Of a DNA stretch of 64,000 nt, positions 9,330-20,046 are shown piece by piece (the first letter of the stretch is position 1; each line of letters opens with the position of its first letter). The stretch is from Alphaproteobacteria bacterium. GTDB lineage: Bacteria; Pseudomonadota; Alphaproteobacteria; JABAAW01. A program made the translations under genes and the position numbers. Location of the stretch: positions 101,459 to 165,458 of the forward strand of contig JABACB010000001.1 in assembly GCA_014237925.1 (NCBI GenBank). The letters run 5' to 3'. The notes beneath the pieces were generated by a model that worked only from the letters and a program-made list of their open reading frames with translations, was not told the DNA's origin and did no database searches.

Positions 9330-10016
9330 TCAGTTCTTGTCGAATTCCCGTTTGATTTTTTCCAGCCGTTCGTCGAGCCTGTCGAGAAAGATAGGAATAC
9401 CCTGCTCTGTCAGCACGGCGGTAACCTCGCTGCGTTGCGCGCCAATCATACTAAGCCCGCGGAAATGCATGTCGATCAGGGCGGGGCTGTCGTCGGAGCG
9501 GAAGCGCACGCGCCAATGCATCGTCAACGAATCAGAGCTGCGTGCGGCTTGCGTCTGCGTTTCTACCAGCACATCCTTGCCGAGCAACCTTGCCGAGAGC
9601 ACATCGAACTTCGAAAGGTTAAAAGTGCTCAGAATGTTCGCCGAATACAGCACCACCCATTGCATCGATGCCTTCTGATAACGCTCGCGTTGCGGCTCGT
9701 TCATCTTGCGCCAGTAAGGTCCCACGATGGCGCGCATCATGGTTGTGAGGTCGAAATGCTCTTCCACGATGGCTTTCAGCTTGAGCCGCTTTTCTCGTTT
9801 CGGCATGCTGTCGTTCGCCATGATCGCTGCCATCGCCGTGCCGTTTCGCGTGATGAATTGTAGCGCACGCTCCGTCTTTTGCGCCTCGTTGAGCGCCGCC
9901 GCCGCCTCGCCTCGCGTGCTTGCTAGGGGAAGCAAGAGGAGGCTCACCAGCGCTATGCTTGCAAGCACAAAGCCTCTTTTCGTATTCGGCTTCGTATTGG
10001 CTGAGGTCATCGTCAT
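9330..10016 (-). CDS. MlaC/Ttg2D-family periplasmic lipid-binding protein (paralog 2)
   Basis: Signal peptide, then the same core pattern: FDLTTMMRAIVGPYWRKMNEPQRERY ... MHWRVRF ... LIDMHFRGLSMIGAQRSEV. Confidence 0.7.
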   Translation of the reverse strand: MTMTSANTKPNTKRGFVLASIALVSLLLLPLASTRGEAAAALNEAQKTERALQFITRNGTAMAAIMANDSMPKREKRLKLKAIVEEHFDLTTMMRAIVGPYWRKMNEPQRERYQKASMQWVVLYSANILSTFNLSKFDVLSARLLGKDVLVETQTQAARSSDSLTMHWRVRFRSDDSPALIDMHFRGLSMIGAQRSEVTAVLTEQGIPIFLDRLDERLEKIKREFDKN

Positions 10017-10031
10017 GTTATCGCCTCCTCC

Positions 10032-10451
10032 TTAGTTGATGAGAATCCTTGTTTTGTCCTTGTTTTGGTTTTGTCCTCGTTCGAAGGTTGTCTCTATGCC
10101 GACGCTTTCGGCATGCGCGACAGCTTCGGGCTTCGTCAGACGCAACCACACAGAAACAGCTTGCGGACGAGCGAAGCACAAGGTTGCGATCATCTCTGCC
10201 AAATCTTCCAGCAGGTCGATGTGTCCTCGTGAAACCAAGTCTGCAACCTCTAGCGTAAGCTCTTTGTAGCACACGAAGGACTGCCGTTCAACCGAAGCAG
10301 GAGCTTGTCGCGCCGTCACCGCGAGCGAAATGCACAAGGGTTGCGCCCTCGTGCGTTCTTCGGGGAGGATGCCGATACAAGCTTGCAGAGTCAGGTTTTC
10401 GACAAGGACGCGGTAGCTTGTGTTATGGAAGGCTTGTTTCGCCGCGTTCAT
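10032..10451 (-). CDS. folB: Dihydroneopterin aldolase FolB
   Basis: Size and pattern fit the family (VLVENLTLQACIGILPEERTRAQPLCISLAV ... DYKELT-like segment ... LLEDLAEMIA). It is adjacent to folP. Confidence 0.7.
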   Translation of the reverse strand: MNAAKQAFHNTSYRVLVENLTLQACIGILPEERTRAQPLCISLAVTARQAPASVERQSFVCYKELTLEVADLVSRGHIDLLEDLAEMIATLCFARPQAVSVWLRLTKPEAVAHAESVGIETTFERGQNQNKDKTRILIN

Positions 10452-11478
10452 GGGAGTGCATGCTATGGGCTCTCGCTTGCCGAGTCAAGTTTCCGCCTCG
10501 ACACCGTCGGCGCGCAAGAACGGCGCGAGATGTCGTGCCAATCTTGAGCGGTGCTCTCTGCTGCGGCGCGATCTTCCGCCTGCGGTCATGGCGATCGTGA
10601 ATCTCACCCCCGATTCCTTTTCGGGAGACGGCTTGCTGTCTGCAGGCGAGGGGGACGGCAAGGCACGCCTGTTGCGCGCTGCCGAGCGCGCCTTGCGCGC
10701 GGGTGCGGATTGGCTGGATGTGGGCGCGCAAAGCACGCGCCCGGGTGCAGTCCCTCTTTCAAGGGAGGAAGAACGCGCGCGTCTGTTGCCTTCGCTGGAG
10801 GATTTGTTGCGCGTATTTCCCGAAGCCTTAGTTTCGGTCGACACGAGCAAGGCGGACTTGGCTCTCGAAGCCGTTCGTTTGGGCGCGCATATGATCAACG
10901 ATGTCTCAGGCGAAGAACGCCCCGCCTTGTGGCGCGAGCTTGGCGAACAAGAAGGTGCTGAGGACGAAGAGCGGGGGTGGGTGGTGTTGATGCATCATGC
11001 GAGCAGCCGTCTGCATCGCGGATCGCTGCGCGAAGGCGGCCATTCGTGGCAGCCGCAAGAAGAGGCTGCATCCGACTTGCCTGTCGTTCTTGCGCGCTTG
11101 AGCGCGCTCGCGCAAGCTTGCGTGGAGGCAGGCGTGCGGCGTGAAAAAATCGTGCTGGACCCGGGCTTGGGATTCGGCAAGACTTTGGAACAAAACCTCA
11201 CCCTGTTGCGCTCGTGGTCTACCATCGACGCGCTCGGGTTTCCTACGATGTTGGGCGCGTCGCGCAAGTCTTTCTTGGGCAAGCTGCTTGCGCGAGGCGA
11301 CGAGGTTTGCGCCCCGTCCGAGCGTTTGGAGGGCAGCTTGGCCGCCGCCGCCGCCGCCATGACAGGAGGCGTACGCATCTTGCGCGTACACGATGTTGCC
11401 GAGACCGTACGCTTCGTACGCGCCTTCTATCCTATCTCTTGTGAAGACCGCACGGGCTGTCTGACGGGCTGTCCGTAG
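10420..11478 (+). CDS. folP: Dihydropteroate synthase FolP (the true start is probably the Met at 10450 or 10465)
   Basis: AIVNLTPDSFSGDG, DVGAQSTRPGA, MINDVSG, DPGLGFGKT and GASRKSFLG. Has a small acidic insertion (GEQEGAEDEERG). Confidence 0.88.
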   Translation: MLWKACFAAFMGVHAMGSRLPSQVSASTPSARKNGARCRANLERCSLLRRDLPPAVMAIVNLTPDSFSGDGLLSAGEGDGKARLLRAAERALRAGADWLDVGAQSTRPGAVPLSREEERARLLPSLEDLLRVFPEALVSVDTSKADLALEAVRLGAHMINDVSGEERPALWRELGEQEGAEDEERGWVVLMHHASSRLHRGSLREGGHSWQPQEEAASDLPVVLARLSALAQACVEAGVRREKIVLDPGLGFGKTLEQNLTLLRSWSTIDALGFPTMLGASRKSFLGKLLARGDEVCAPSERLEGSLAAAAAAMTGGVRILRVHDVAETVRFVRAFYPISCEDRTGCLTGCP

Positions 11479-12626
11479 GCGTCTTTCGTGGGAAGCTCTG
11501 TTTTCTTTTCGGCGCGCCAAATCGATCGCAACGCTTCTCTCAAGTCTTGCAGAGGCACGCGCACAGATTTTTTCTCCTCGTTCTGAGGACGATACCAGTA
11601 GGTCCACCCGTTGCAGCTTGTGCGTCCCTCAAGCTCGGCCGCCCATTGGTGGATGGAGGCGCGGCGTTGCTCGCGGGAAAGCAGTCCCTCGGAGGTGACG
11701 AGCGCTTGATAGCGACGGCACGCGCTTTCCAGCTTTTCGCCGGGCGCAAGAAGTCCGTTTTCCAGCAAGGCGGCGAAGGGAACATCGCGTGCTTGCTCGC
11801 GCGGCTCGGGCAGCAGAAGGCACTCCTGTTCTGGAGAAGGGGGGGGAATGCGTTTCAGTCGTTGCTTGGCGGCGCGCACATAGCGCGCCTCGCGCTCGAT
11901 GCCGATATAGCGACGTCCCAAACGGCGGCAGGCGGCGGGCGTTGTGCCGCTGCCGCAAAAAGGATCCAGCACGACATCGCCTGCGCGCGTGCTGGAGAGC
12001 AAGACGCGGTAGAGCAGGGAGAGGGGCTTTTGAGTCGGATGAACCTTCAGCCCGTCCTTGTCGCGCAGACGCTCCTTGCCGTTGCAGACGGGCAAGTGCC
12101 AGTCGCTGCGCATTTGTTTCTCGCCGTTCAGTTGTTTCAGCGCGCGATAGTTGAAGCGATAGCGTGCGCCGCGTTCTTTCGCGCACCACAACAATGTCTC
12201 GTGCGCGTTCGTAAACCTTCTGCCGTGGAAGTTTGGCATCGGGTTTGTTTTGATCCACAGCACGTCGTTGAGGATCCAAAAGCCCAAGTCTTGCAACAGC
12301 GCGCCCAAGCGATAGATGTTGTGATACGACCCCATGATCCATAGCGTGCCGTCGTCTTTCAGGAGACGACGCGCTTGCGTCAGCCATGCGCGGTTGAAGG
12401 CGTCGTAGTCTTGGAAGCTGGCAAAGCGATCCCAGGGTTCGTCCACGCCACAGACCTTCGATTCGTTGGGGCGATGCAGGGGTTTTTCGAGTTGCAGGAA
12501 GTAGGGGGGGTCGGCGAAGAGAACATCGACGCTTTGTTCGGGAAGGCGTGCCATCGTCGTGATGCAGTTGCCGTGCAGGATGCGGTCGAGGGCTTGCGCG
12601 AGCGCGAGGGGGGAGGGGGATGGCAT
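11427..12626 (-). CDS. ccrM: CcrM-type N6-adenine DNA methyltransferase (GANTC-specific family)
   Basis: Beta-class order with DPPY first (VDVLFADPPYFLQL) and FxGxG later (VLDPFCGSGTT). TNPMPNFHGRRFTNAHETLLW and HPTQKPLSLL are present, plus the C-terminal non-catalytic domain typical of CcrM. Confidence 0.9.
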   Translation of the reverse strand: MPSPSPLALAQALDRILHGNCITTMARLPEQSVDVLFADPPYFLQLEKPLHRPNESKVCGVDEPWDRFASFQDYDAFNRAWLTQARRLLKDDGTLWIMGSYHNIYRLGALLQDLGFWILNDVLWIKTNPMPNFHGRRFTNAHETLLWCAKERGARYRFNYRALKQLNGEKQMRSDWHLPVCNGKERLRDKDGLKVHPTQKPLSLLYRVLLSSTRAGDVVLDPFCGSGTTPAACRRLGRRYIGIEREARYVRAAKQRLKRIPPPSPEQECLLLPEPREQARDVPFAALLENGLLAPGEKLESACRRYQALVTSEGLLSREQRRASIHQWAAELEGRTSCNGWTYWYRPQNEEKKSVRVPLQDLREALRSIWRAEKKTELPTKDAYGQPVRQPVRSSQEIG

Positions 12627-12717
12627 GCGGCGGCGAAGGACTACGAAGAAGGACTACGAGAAGGGATGCAAGAAGGACTACGAGAAGGACTAGGAAGCGG
12701 TGTCGTTTCTTGCTCCC

Positions 12718-12747
12718 ATCATAACAGACAATAGTATGCAGCGTCAA
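12718..12747 (-). promoter_or_regulatory. Candidate sigma-70-type promoter for ccrM (TTGACG-N18-TATGAT)
   Basis: Read on the minus strand in an A/T-richer patch about 92 nt upstream of the ccrM ATG. The putative leader contains gtagtccttct repeats. Confidence 0.3.
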
Positions 12748-12835
12748 GATCCTTTTGCAGAGAAGCTTTTTAATCTTGGTTTGTTCGCTTAGCTCACTTG
12801 TTGTGAAGAAGGACACCTTTGTATCCTTAAAAGTC

Positions 12836-13621
12836 TTACTCCTTGTTGCTCCCCTTGTTGGCAGCCAAGCAAGATAGGCACGGCGCGAAAGTCTTGCGAT
12901 GATGCGGCGAAAGTCCCACTTCCGCCAAAGCCTCCAAATGCCGCGCCACAGGATACCCCTTGTTGTCACACCATGCGTAACGCGGATAGCGCGCATGCAG
13001 TTTTTGCATCAAACGATCTCGCGCTACCTTGGCAACAATCGACGCACAGGCGATCGTCAAAGATTGCGCGTCGCCACGCACAATAGGCGTAGTTACAGCA
13101 GGAGCGGGAACGAGACGCGGAATGTGGTTGCCGTCTACGATGCAAGCATCCACGATGCAAGCATCCACGATGCAAGCATCCACGCTCCGTCCTCGCGCAC
13201 GCTCCAATGTTGCGCACAGGCGGGCATAGGCGTGTTGCATGGCTTGCAAGCTCGCTTGCAAGATGTTGTGCTGTTCGATTCTTGCAACAGAAGCGGCGCC
13301 CAGCGCAACGAAGGCTTGAGCGCGTATTGCACAGGCTAGGGTCTCTCGTTTGGACGCGGTCAGTTTTTTGCTGTCGTTGACCTGTTCCAAAAAGCGCGGT
13401 GCAGCGTCGATCACGGAGGGAGGAAAGACGACCGCCGCGGCGACCACGGGTCCTGCTATCGGACCGCGTCCGACCTCGTCGATTCCTGCAACCCAGCGCC
13501 CCTCTTGCAAGCCGTGCTGTATCTCCCAGCGGAAATTCAAGCGCGTGTTCAATTTGTCTCCCAGCGTTTTCTCTTCCCCTCCCTTTTTATGGGCTGTTGT
13601 CTTTCCTGCGATTTTCTCCAC
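12836..13621 (-). CDS. rnhB: Ribonuclease HII (N-terminal boundary uncertain)
   Basis: AGIDEVGRGPIAGPVVAAAVV, NDSKKL, the IVDG catalytic strand, and ASIVAKVARDRLM. Contains a VDACI x3 triplication. Confidence 0.9.
   Translation of the reverse strand: MEKIAGKTTAHKKGGEEKTLGDKLNTRLNFRWEIQHGLQEGRWVAGIDEVGRGPIAGPVVAAAVVFPPSVIDAAPRFLEQVNDSKKLTASKRETLACAIRAQAFVALGAASVARIEQHNILQASLQAMQHAYARLCATLERARGRSVDACIVDACIVDACIVDGNHIPRLVPAPAVTTPIVRGDAQSLTIACASIVAKVARDRLMQKLHARYPRYAWCDNKGYPVARHLEALAEVGLSPHHRKTFAPCLSCLAANKGSNKE
13130..13183. repeat. Perfect 15-nt x3 array (gatgcaagcatccac) inside rnhB
   Basis: Three identical copies were read in the DNA. They encode (VDACI)x3 immediately before DG. Confidence 0.9.
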
Positions 13622-14904
13622 TCGTTGTGCAGGCGTTGCCTCTCGCGCTTGGAGAGACGGCGTTGCGAAAAGGGAGAGAGGGAGACGAGAACGGTCGTCA
13701 AGACGGTGAGCAGTCCGATGTCGCTGCTCTTCTCCAGCATGAGGGTGTGCAGGCGGCGCGAGACGGCGACATAGAAGGGAGAGGTGATCAGCGACAGAAC
13801 GGTGATGCTAATCAGGTAGTTCAGCAAGGTTTGATCGATCAAGGCGACGCTGACGGCGACCGCTCCCATGACGAAAGAGAACTCTCCCATCTGTCCGAGC
13901 AGAAGGCTTGCCAGGAAGGCTTCGTCCCACCGCCTTCCCAGCAGGCGTAGCGCGAGAATGTTGAGAAGCGTCTTGAACAAAGTCGCGCCGGCAAGGATCG
14001 CTACGATGGCGAGGAAGTTGCCGAACAAAAACTCCAAGTCGATGAGCAGTCCGATCGACAGAAAGAAGACCATCAGCAACACAACCTTGATCGGCTCGGC
14101 GTTCTTGTGCGCAACATGGCTCTGTGCGCTGTTGCCGATCGTCAATCCGGCGAGGAAAGCGCCGAAGGCGGGCGAAAGTCCCAGCACGCCGCTGACCAGC
14201 GCGAAGGCGAAGCACCACGCCAGCACGGCGAGCGGCGTCAGGTCGCGCTTCGTCATGATCAGATCGGCAAACGGCATGTTGAAGGATTTCTTCCTCGTCA
14301 GCAGCACGATGACCGCGACCAGCACCGCGATGGAGATGGATACCTCCAAGGCGATCTTCGTCAAGCTGCCCGCATCGGGCATGCCGCCGTTGCCGAAACC
14401 CGCGATGATCAGCAGCATCGGCGCGATCGCCAAGTCTTGAGCGATCAGAATGCCGATCACCAGCTGTCCGGTGCGCGTGCTGCTCTCCCCGATGCTTTGG
14501 ACAACCGTGACCGAGACGGCGGTCGAAGAAACGGCAAGGCAGAAGGCGAACAGAAGAACCTGTCCCAGCGAGAGCCCGAAGCGCGGTCCCAGCCAAAGGA
14601 CGAGCAGTAGACTGACGACGATTTGCAACGCGGTCGCTCCGACGGCGGTCTTCCAAATCTGTCGAAAGCTCTGCAACGAAAGCTCGATGCCGATGAAGTA
14701 CAGCAGCATGATGACACCGATCTCGGCGAGCGTCTCGATGCTGTCGCGGTTCTGCACAAGCCCCAAGGCGCTGGGGCCCAACAGGATGCCGGAGAGGATG
14801 TAGCCAATGATCGGCGGCTGGCGAAACTGCACCATCGCCATGCCGCACAAGGTTGCTGTGACAGCGACTACCGCGATACCGAGAAGTGCCGAAAGTCCGT
14901 GCAT
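13549..14904 (-). CDS. Cation:proton antiporter (CPA2 / Kef-type membrane domain)
   Basis: About 12 TM segments with family signatures: PPIIGYILSGILLGPSALGL, LAEIGVIMLLYFIGIELS, SSTAV, and IGILIAQDLAIAP. Confidence 0.8.
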   Translation of the reverse strand: MHGLSALLGIAVVAVTATLCGMAMVQFRQPPIIGYILSGILLGPSALGLVQNRDSIETLAEIGVIMLLYFIGIELSLQSFRQIWKTAVGATALQIVVSLLLVLWLGPRFGLSLGQVLLFAFCLAVSSTAVSVTVVQSIGESSTRTGQLVIGILIAQDLAIAPMLLIIAGFGNGGMPDAGSLTKIALEVSISIAVLVAVIVLLTRKKSFNMPFADLIMTKRDLTPLAVLAWCFAFALVSGVLGLSPAFGAFLAGLTIGNSAQSHVAHKNAEPIKVVLLMVFFLSIGLLIDLEFLFGNFLAIVAILAGATLFKTLLNILALRLLGRRWDEAFLASLLLGQMGEFSFVMGAVAVSVALIDQTLLNYLISITVLSLITSPFYVAVSRRLHTLMLEKSSDIGLLTVLTTVLVSLSPFSQRRLSKRERQRLHNEWRKSQERQQPIKREGKRKRWETN

Positions 14905-15054
14905 GATGGCTCCATTCTAGCAAAGGGCGGTGAAACAGGCTAGAACAAGACCTTAGACCCCGTTAGATTTTTTTTTGCAAATTTTCTTGCCGATCTTTTG
15001 TGGAGAAGAAGTTTCGAGGAAAAGTTTTGAGGCGAAATTTCGAGGAGAAGTTCG

Positions 15055-16278
15055 TTGGCGGATTCTTTCGTGTCGGATCCTTCCGTGTCGGATCGTTGGG
15101 GGAAGCGTCTTGTCGCCGCTCCGATGATGGGGCGCACCGATGCGACGGGTTGCGCCTATTTGCGACAAGTCTTGCCGCAGGCATTGTTGTTTACCGAGAT
15201 GATTCCCGCCGCAGCGCTTGTCCATGGCGGCGCGCGCGCGCACGCGCGTCTGCAAGAATACTTCGATTGGCAGGAAGCCTTGCCGAGCAAGGAAGGGGCG
15301 GCAGAATCTGCCACAAGCTCTGCCACAAGCTCTGCGCAGGAGGCGCAAGAGGCGAGACAAGCTAATGAGGCGCGAGAAACCATAGAGGCGCGAGACGGAG
15401 GGCTGGTGTTGCAGCTGGGCGGAGCGGACCCCGCCTTGCTCGGCGAGGCGAGCGCGCTTGCGAGCGCCTATCCTTTCTGCGAGCTCAATCTGAACTTGGG
15501 GTGTCCCTCTCCTCGCGTGACGAAGGGGGGCTTCGGGGCGTGCCTGATAGAGAAGCCCGCCTTGGCAGCCCGCCTTGTGGCTGCGATGAAAGAGGGGGCA
15601 GGGGGGGTGCCTGTGAGCGTCAAGACGCGCATCGGACTGAAATCCGAACAACAAGCAGACGAGAACGACGAGGAGCGTCTGCACGCCTTCGTCGATGCCT
15701 TGTGTGCGGCGGGCTGCGATACGCTCTATTTGCACGCGCGCAAGGCGTGGCTGAAAGGGGTGAGCGCGAAAGAGAACCGCAGCTTGCCACCCTTGAAGCC
15801 TGAGGTTGTGCGTCGTCTTCAAGCGGCGCGTCCTTCGCTGCCCGTCGTCTATAACGGCGGCGTTCAAAATATCGACGAAGCCGAGACCTTTCTCGCCTCC
15901 TTTGCCGGCGTGATGGTCGGGCGCGCCTTGTGGCGCTCGCCGTGCGGGTTTGCGGGCAAGAGGGAGGCGGAGCGTCCGCGTTGGCGCAACGAGATCGCAG
16001 AAAAACTGCTGTCTGCGATCGACAGGGCTTTGTCCCGCTCTTTATCCCGTTCTTCGTCTCGTTCTTCGTCTTGTTTTTGTGGATCTTCTCGGTTGTTGTC
16101 GCCTCGTCTCTCTCGTCGTCTCGTCTTCAGAGGTGCCGCTCGCCTGTCGCGGCGTGCCATGAGCCTGTATCACGGCGAGCCCGATGCGGGCGAGTGGCGG
16201 CGCAAGCTGCAGCGTGCTTTCGAAAGCTTGAAGGTGGCAGAGAAGACAAGGCTTGATTCTTTGCCGCGAAAGGAGTAG
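15055..16278 (+). CDS. dusA: tRNA-dihydrouridine synthase A with low-complexity insertions
   Basis: LVAAPMMGRTD, LLFTEMI, LQLGGADP, ELNLNLGCPSPRV, VSVKTRIG and HARKAWL. Has inserted SATSSATSS/EARQANEAR and SRS-rich segments. Confidence 0.85.
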   Translation: MADSFVSDPSVSDRWGKRLVAAPMMGRTDATGCAYLRQVLPQALLFTEMIPAAALVHGGARAHARLQEYFDWQEALPSKEGAAESATSSATSSAQEAQEARQANEARETIEARDGGLVLQLGGADPALLGEASALASAYPFCELNLNLGCPSPRVTKGGFGACLIEKPALAARLVAAMKEGAGGVPVSVKTRIGLKSEQQADENDEERLHAFVDALCAAGCDTLYLHARKAWLKGVSAKENRSLPPLKPEVVRRLQAARPSLPVVYNGGVQNIDEAETFLASFAGVMVGRALWRSPCGFAGKREAERPRWRNEIAEKLLSAIDRALSRSLSRSSSRSSSCFCGSSRLLSPRLSRRLVFRGAARLSRRAMSLYHGEPDAGEWRRKLQRAFESLKVAEKTRLDSLPRKE

Positions 16279-16301
16279 AAGAAAGGGCGGGGGTCGTTGT
16301 T

Positions 16302-16583
16302 TTGGCAGTCTTGTGTAGTGAGGCGAGAATGGTTTTCGGACAAGAAGAGCTGGCGCTGACGCGCGTTCCGTTGGAGATTTGGGCGGAGATCGGTGCAACC
16401 GAGCTGCGCGTCGGCAACCTTCTGCAAATCGGTCGTGGTGCGATCATCTCGCTCGACAAGAGCCTAGAGGGCGAGGTGGACTTGAAAATTGGCAAGCACC
16501 TTGTTGCTCGTGGCAACTTGCTTGCCGACCGCGAGCATTTTTCGGTGCGCATCACCAAGACTTCCAAGGACATTCACGAATAG
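16302..16583 (+). CDS. Stand-alone SpoA-domain protein (FliN / SctQ C-terminal family)
   Basis: VPLEIWAEIGATELRVGNLLQIGRGAIISLDKSLEGEVDLKIGKHLVARGNLLADREHFSVRITK matches the FliN/YscQ SpoA pattern. No other flagellar or T3SS gene is nearby. Confidence 0.7.
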   Translation: MAVLCSEARMVFGQEELALTRVPLEIWAEIGATELRVGNLLQIGRGAIISLDKSLEGEVDLKIGKHLVARGNLLADREHFSVRITKTSKDIHE

Positions 16584-16885
16584 GGACACGACACGAGAGA
16601 CACGACACGAGGGACATGACAAAAGGGGCATGACAAAAGGGGCATGACAAAAGGGGCATGACAAAAACGCGACACCTCGCCTCGTGTCAAGCCGCGATAA
16701 GCTGCCAAGCCAAGAGAGGCAAGCTAGTAGAGGGCAAGCCAAGATGGCAAAGCCCAAGCGGGTAAGCTAATAGCGGGCAGTCTAATAGAGGGCAAGCTAG
16801 TAGAGGGCAAACTAATAGAGAACAAGCCAAGATGGCAAAGCCCAAGCGGGCAAGCCAAGAGAGGGCAAGCTAATAGCGGGCAAGC
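16584..16885. repeat. Non-coding repeat field: 14-nt unit (g)gggcatgacaaaa x~5 (16584-16668), then ~15-nt units gggcaagc(t/c)a(a/g)tag(a/c)g with a ~96-nt higher-order repeat (16703-16885)
   Basis: Read directly in the sequence. The units carry in-line TAATAG/TAGTAG double stops. Confidence 0.85.
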
Positions 16886-16925
16886 CATTCGTTATAAGCA
16901 AGCTATAGCGTTTCAGTGCATCCCC

Positions 16926-17921
<996 letters not shown>

Positions 17922-17985
17922 CGTCCTCAACCCCTGTTTTATGTTCGTCTGAGCTTGGGTAAGCTGCTGCAGCCCAAGCTTTTGC

Positions 17986-20046
17986 TTGTTCCAAGCGCTT
18001 GTTGTCATTGGCTCTCTGATAGTGCGAGAAAAGATGCCCCTATGTCAAAGGCTTGCTTGCCCCAAGCCTTTGCTTGCCCCAAGCCTTTGCTTGCCCCGCG
18101 ACAGTGTAGCTTGTAGATTGTCGGGAGTATTTGTGTTGAGAGACGGATTGTTTTTTGTGCTCGATCGTTTGGTTCTTCTCCCTAGTCTTCTCCCTAGCCT
18201 TGTCCCTAGCCTTGTCCCGCAGTTGCAGACGTTCTCGGTCTTTGCGCTGATCGTCGCAGGACTGTATTTTTACGCGAGCGAACGTCTGTCGATGGAGGTG
18301 ACGGCGTTGCTCTTGCTTTGCAGCCTTTTGATGCTGTTCGTGGTGTTGCCGCCTTTCTTCTCGACGGCTCACAGGCTGAACTCGACAACCTTGCTCTCAG
18401 GCTTCGCCTCCCCCGCCTTGCTGACGGTGTTGGGACTGCTGGTGATCGGCGAAGCCCTGGCGAGCACGGGAGCCCTGGCGCTGGTGTCGCGCTGGCTCTC
18501 GCGTCTGCCCTCCTACAGCTTGGCGATGCTGCTGTTGTTGCTGGCAGCCGTTCTGTTGAGCGCCTTCCTGAACAACATTCCCGTTGTCGTGTTGTTCATT
18601 CCTGTTTTGCGCACTCTGATGGAGCGGAAGTCCCGCGAGGCGCGGTGGTCGATGATGGGCATGAGCTTCGCCTCGGTGCTGGGCGGCATGACGACTCTGA
18701 TCGGCTCCTCGACGAACCTGCTAGTTGCAGGCGCGCTCGTCGATATGGAGCGCGAAAGTCTGGGGTTCTTCTCCATCACCCTGCCCGGACTTTGCCTTGC
18801 CGGCGTGGGCATGCTCTACATCCTTTTCGTGCTGCCCTACTTGCTTTCCAACCCTCGCGAAGGGTGGCGGCAGCGCAAGCTGAAGAGCGCGCGCAAGGGT
18901 AAGAGCTTTGTCGCGCAGTTTACGATCACGGGCGACTCGCCTTTCGTCGGCAAAACGGCGAGCGTGCGTCTGTTCTCTGCAATCGAGCGCGCAACAGTGG
19001 TGTTGGTGCAGCGCGGCGAAGTGTCGTTCTCGCCGCCGAAACGTTCTTTTCATCTGCGGGCGGGCGATGTGTTGCTGATCTCCGCTTCGCGCCGTCGTAT
19101 CGACGAGCTCGTGGGATCGGAAGAGCACGGCCTCTTGGCGCCGCAACTGAGCGGCTCGGTCTCCGCGCGCGCGCACGGCGCGGAAGAAGAGACAGTCCTG
19201 GCAGAGTTCTTCGTGCCGCCGCACTCTTCGTTCGTCGGACGCAGCTTGCAAGAGTTGCACTTTCGCTTTCGCTACCACTGCGTCGTCTTGGGGCTGGAGC
19301 GCAGTGCACGGCGCATGCTGCGCAACCTTACCTCGACGAAGCTTCGCGCCGGCGACATCGCATTGGTGCAGGGTCGAACTAGCGATGTGCGCGCGCTGGG
19401 ACATGTTCGTGACTTAGTTGCGGTAGAGGATTCGATCCACAAGCTGCCCGATGCCGAGCGCGCCAGCGTGGCTGCCGGCATCTTCACCTTGTGCATTCTC
19501 GCCTCTGCGACGGGCATGGCGCCGATCGCCTTTTGCGCCATCTTCGGCGCAACGCTGATGATCGCGCTCGACGTGCTGTCGCTGGAAGACGCGGTGCGCG
19601 CGCTCGATCGCAAGATCGTCCTCGTCATCGCGTCTGCCATCGCGCTCGCCGCAACTCTGCAGACGACGGGCGGAGACAGCCTGCTCGCCAAGGTCTTCCT
19701 GTCCGCCATGCAAGAAACCGCCTCCCCTCAGTTCGTCCTCTCGAGCTTCTTCCTCTTCGTCGCCCTGCTCTCGAATGTCATCTCGACCAAGGCGGCGGCA
19801 GTGTTGTTCACGCCGGTCGCCGTTGCCATTGCCGATCGGCTCGGCGTCTCCCACATACCCTTTGCAATCGCCGTCCTGTTCGCGGCAAACTGCGCCTTTG
19901 CAACGCCCGTGGGCTATCAGACAAACCTACTCGTCATGAACGCAGGTCAGTACCGCTTCGGCGATTTTTTTCGCGCAGGCTTGCCCCTCATCTTCGTGTG
20001 CTGGGGTTGCTTCACCGTCTTGAGCTATGTCTACTTCTTCTCCTGA
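17986..20046 (+). CDS. SLC13/DASS-type anion permease with two central TrkA-C (RCK_C) domains; the true start is probably downstream (~18133 GTG)
   Basis: Two membrane halves with the family pattern ([44 protein letters not shown]). They flank two TrkA-C-like segments (GKTASVRLF...[30 protein letters not shown]). The track start overlaps the divergent zinc-ribbon gene. Confidence 0.8.
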   Translation: MFQALVVIGSLIVREKMPLCQRLACPKPLLAPSLCLPRDSVACRLSGVFVLRDGLFFVLDRLVLLPSLLPSLVPSLVPQLQTFSVFALIVAGLYFYASERLSMEVTALLLLCSLLMLFVVLPPFFSTAHRLNSTTLLSGFASPALLTVLGLLVIGEALASTGALALVSRWLSRLPSYSLAMLLLLLAAVLLSAFLNNIPVVVLFIPVLRTLMERKSREARWSMMGMSFASVLGGMTTLIGSSTNLLVAGALVDMERESLGFFSITLPGLCLAGVGMLYILFVLPYLLSNPREGWRQRKLKSARKGKSFVAQFTITGDSPFVGKTASVRLFSAIERATVVLVQRGEVSFSPPKRSFHLRAGDVLLISASRRRIDELVGSEEHGLLAPQLSGSVSARAHGAEEETVLAEFFVPPHSSFVGRSLQELHFRFRYHCVVLGLERSARRMLRNLTSTKLRAGDIALVQGRTSDVRALGHVRDLVAVEDSIHKLPDAERASVAAGIFTLCILASATGMAPIAFCAIFGATLMIALDVLSLEDAVRALDRKIVLVIASAIALAATLQTTGGDSLLAKVFLSAMQETASPQFVLSSFFLFVALLSNVISTKAAAVLFTPVAVAIADRLGVSHIPFAIAVLFAANCAFATPVGYQTNLLVMNAGQYRFGDFFRAGLPLIFVCWGCFTVLSYVYFFS

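Noticed and set aside
10420-10451. A 32-nt head-to-head overlap of the folB and folP coding regions.
   Set aside because: This is most likely a start-codon artefact of the ORF track. folP has in-frame Met codons at 10450 and 10465 that remove or minimise the overlap.
12627-12835. A CtrA box (TTAA-N7-TTAA) upstream of ccrM, as in Caulobacter.
   Set aside because: Only half-sites are present (ttaatcttggtttgt; ttaaaagtctta). There is no full match, so it was not annotated.
13549-13621. A 73-nt overlap between the antiporter 3' end and the rnhB 5' end.
   Set aside because: The first ~45 residues of the rnhB track ORF are unconserved and precede the GIDEVGRGP motif. The real start is probably an internal non-ATG codon that I cannot pinpoint, so this is not evidence of a genuinely overlapping gene pair.
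16584-16885. The tandem arrays (here and at 8477, 28431, 42327, 63271, 63893) as possible CRISPR arrays.
   Set aside because: The units are 12-18 nt and directly abutting, with no unique spacers. There are no cas genes in the window. These are micro/minisatellite-type repeats, not CRISPR.
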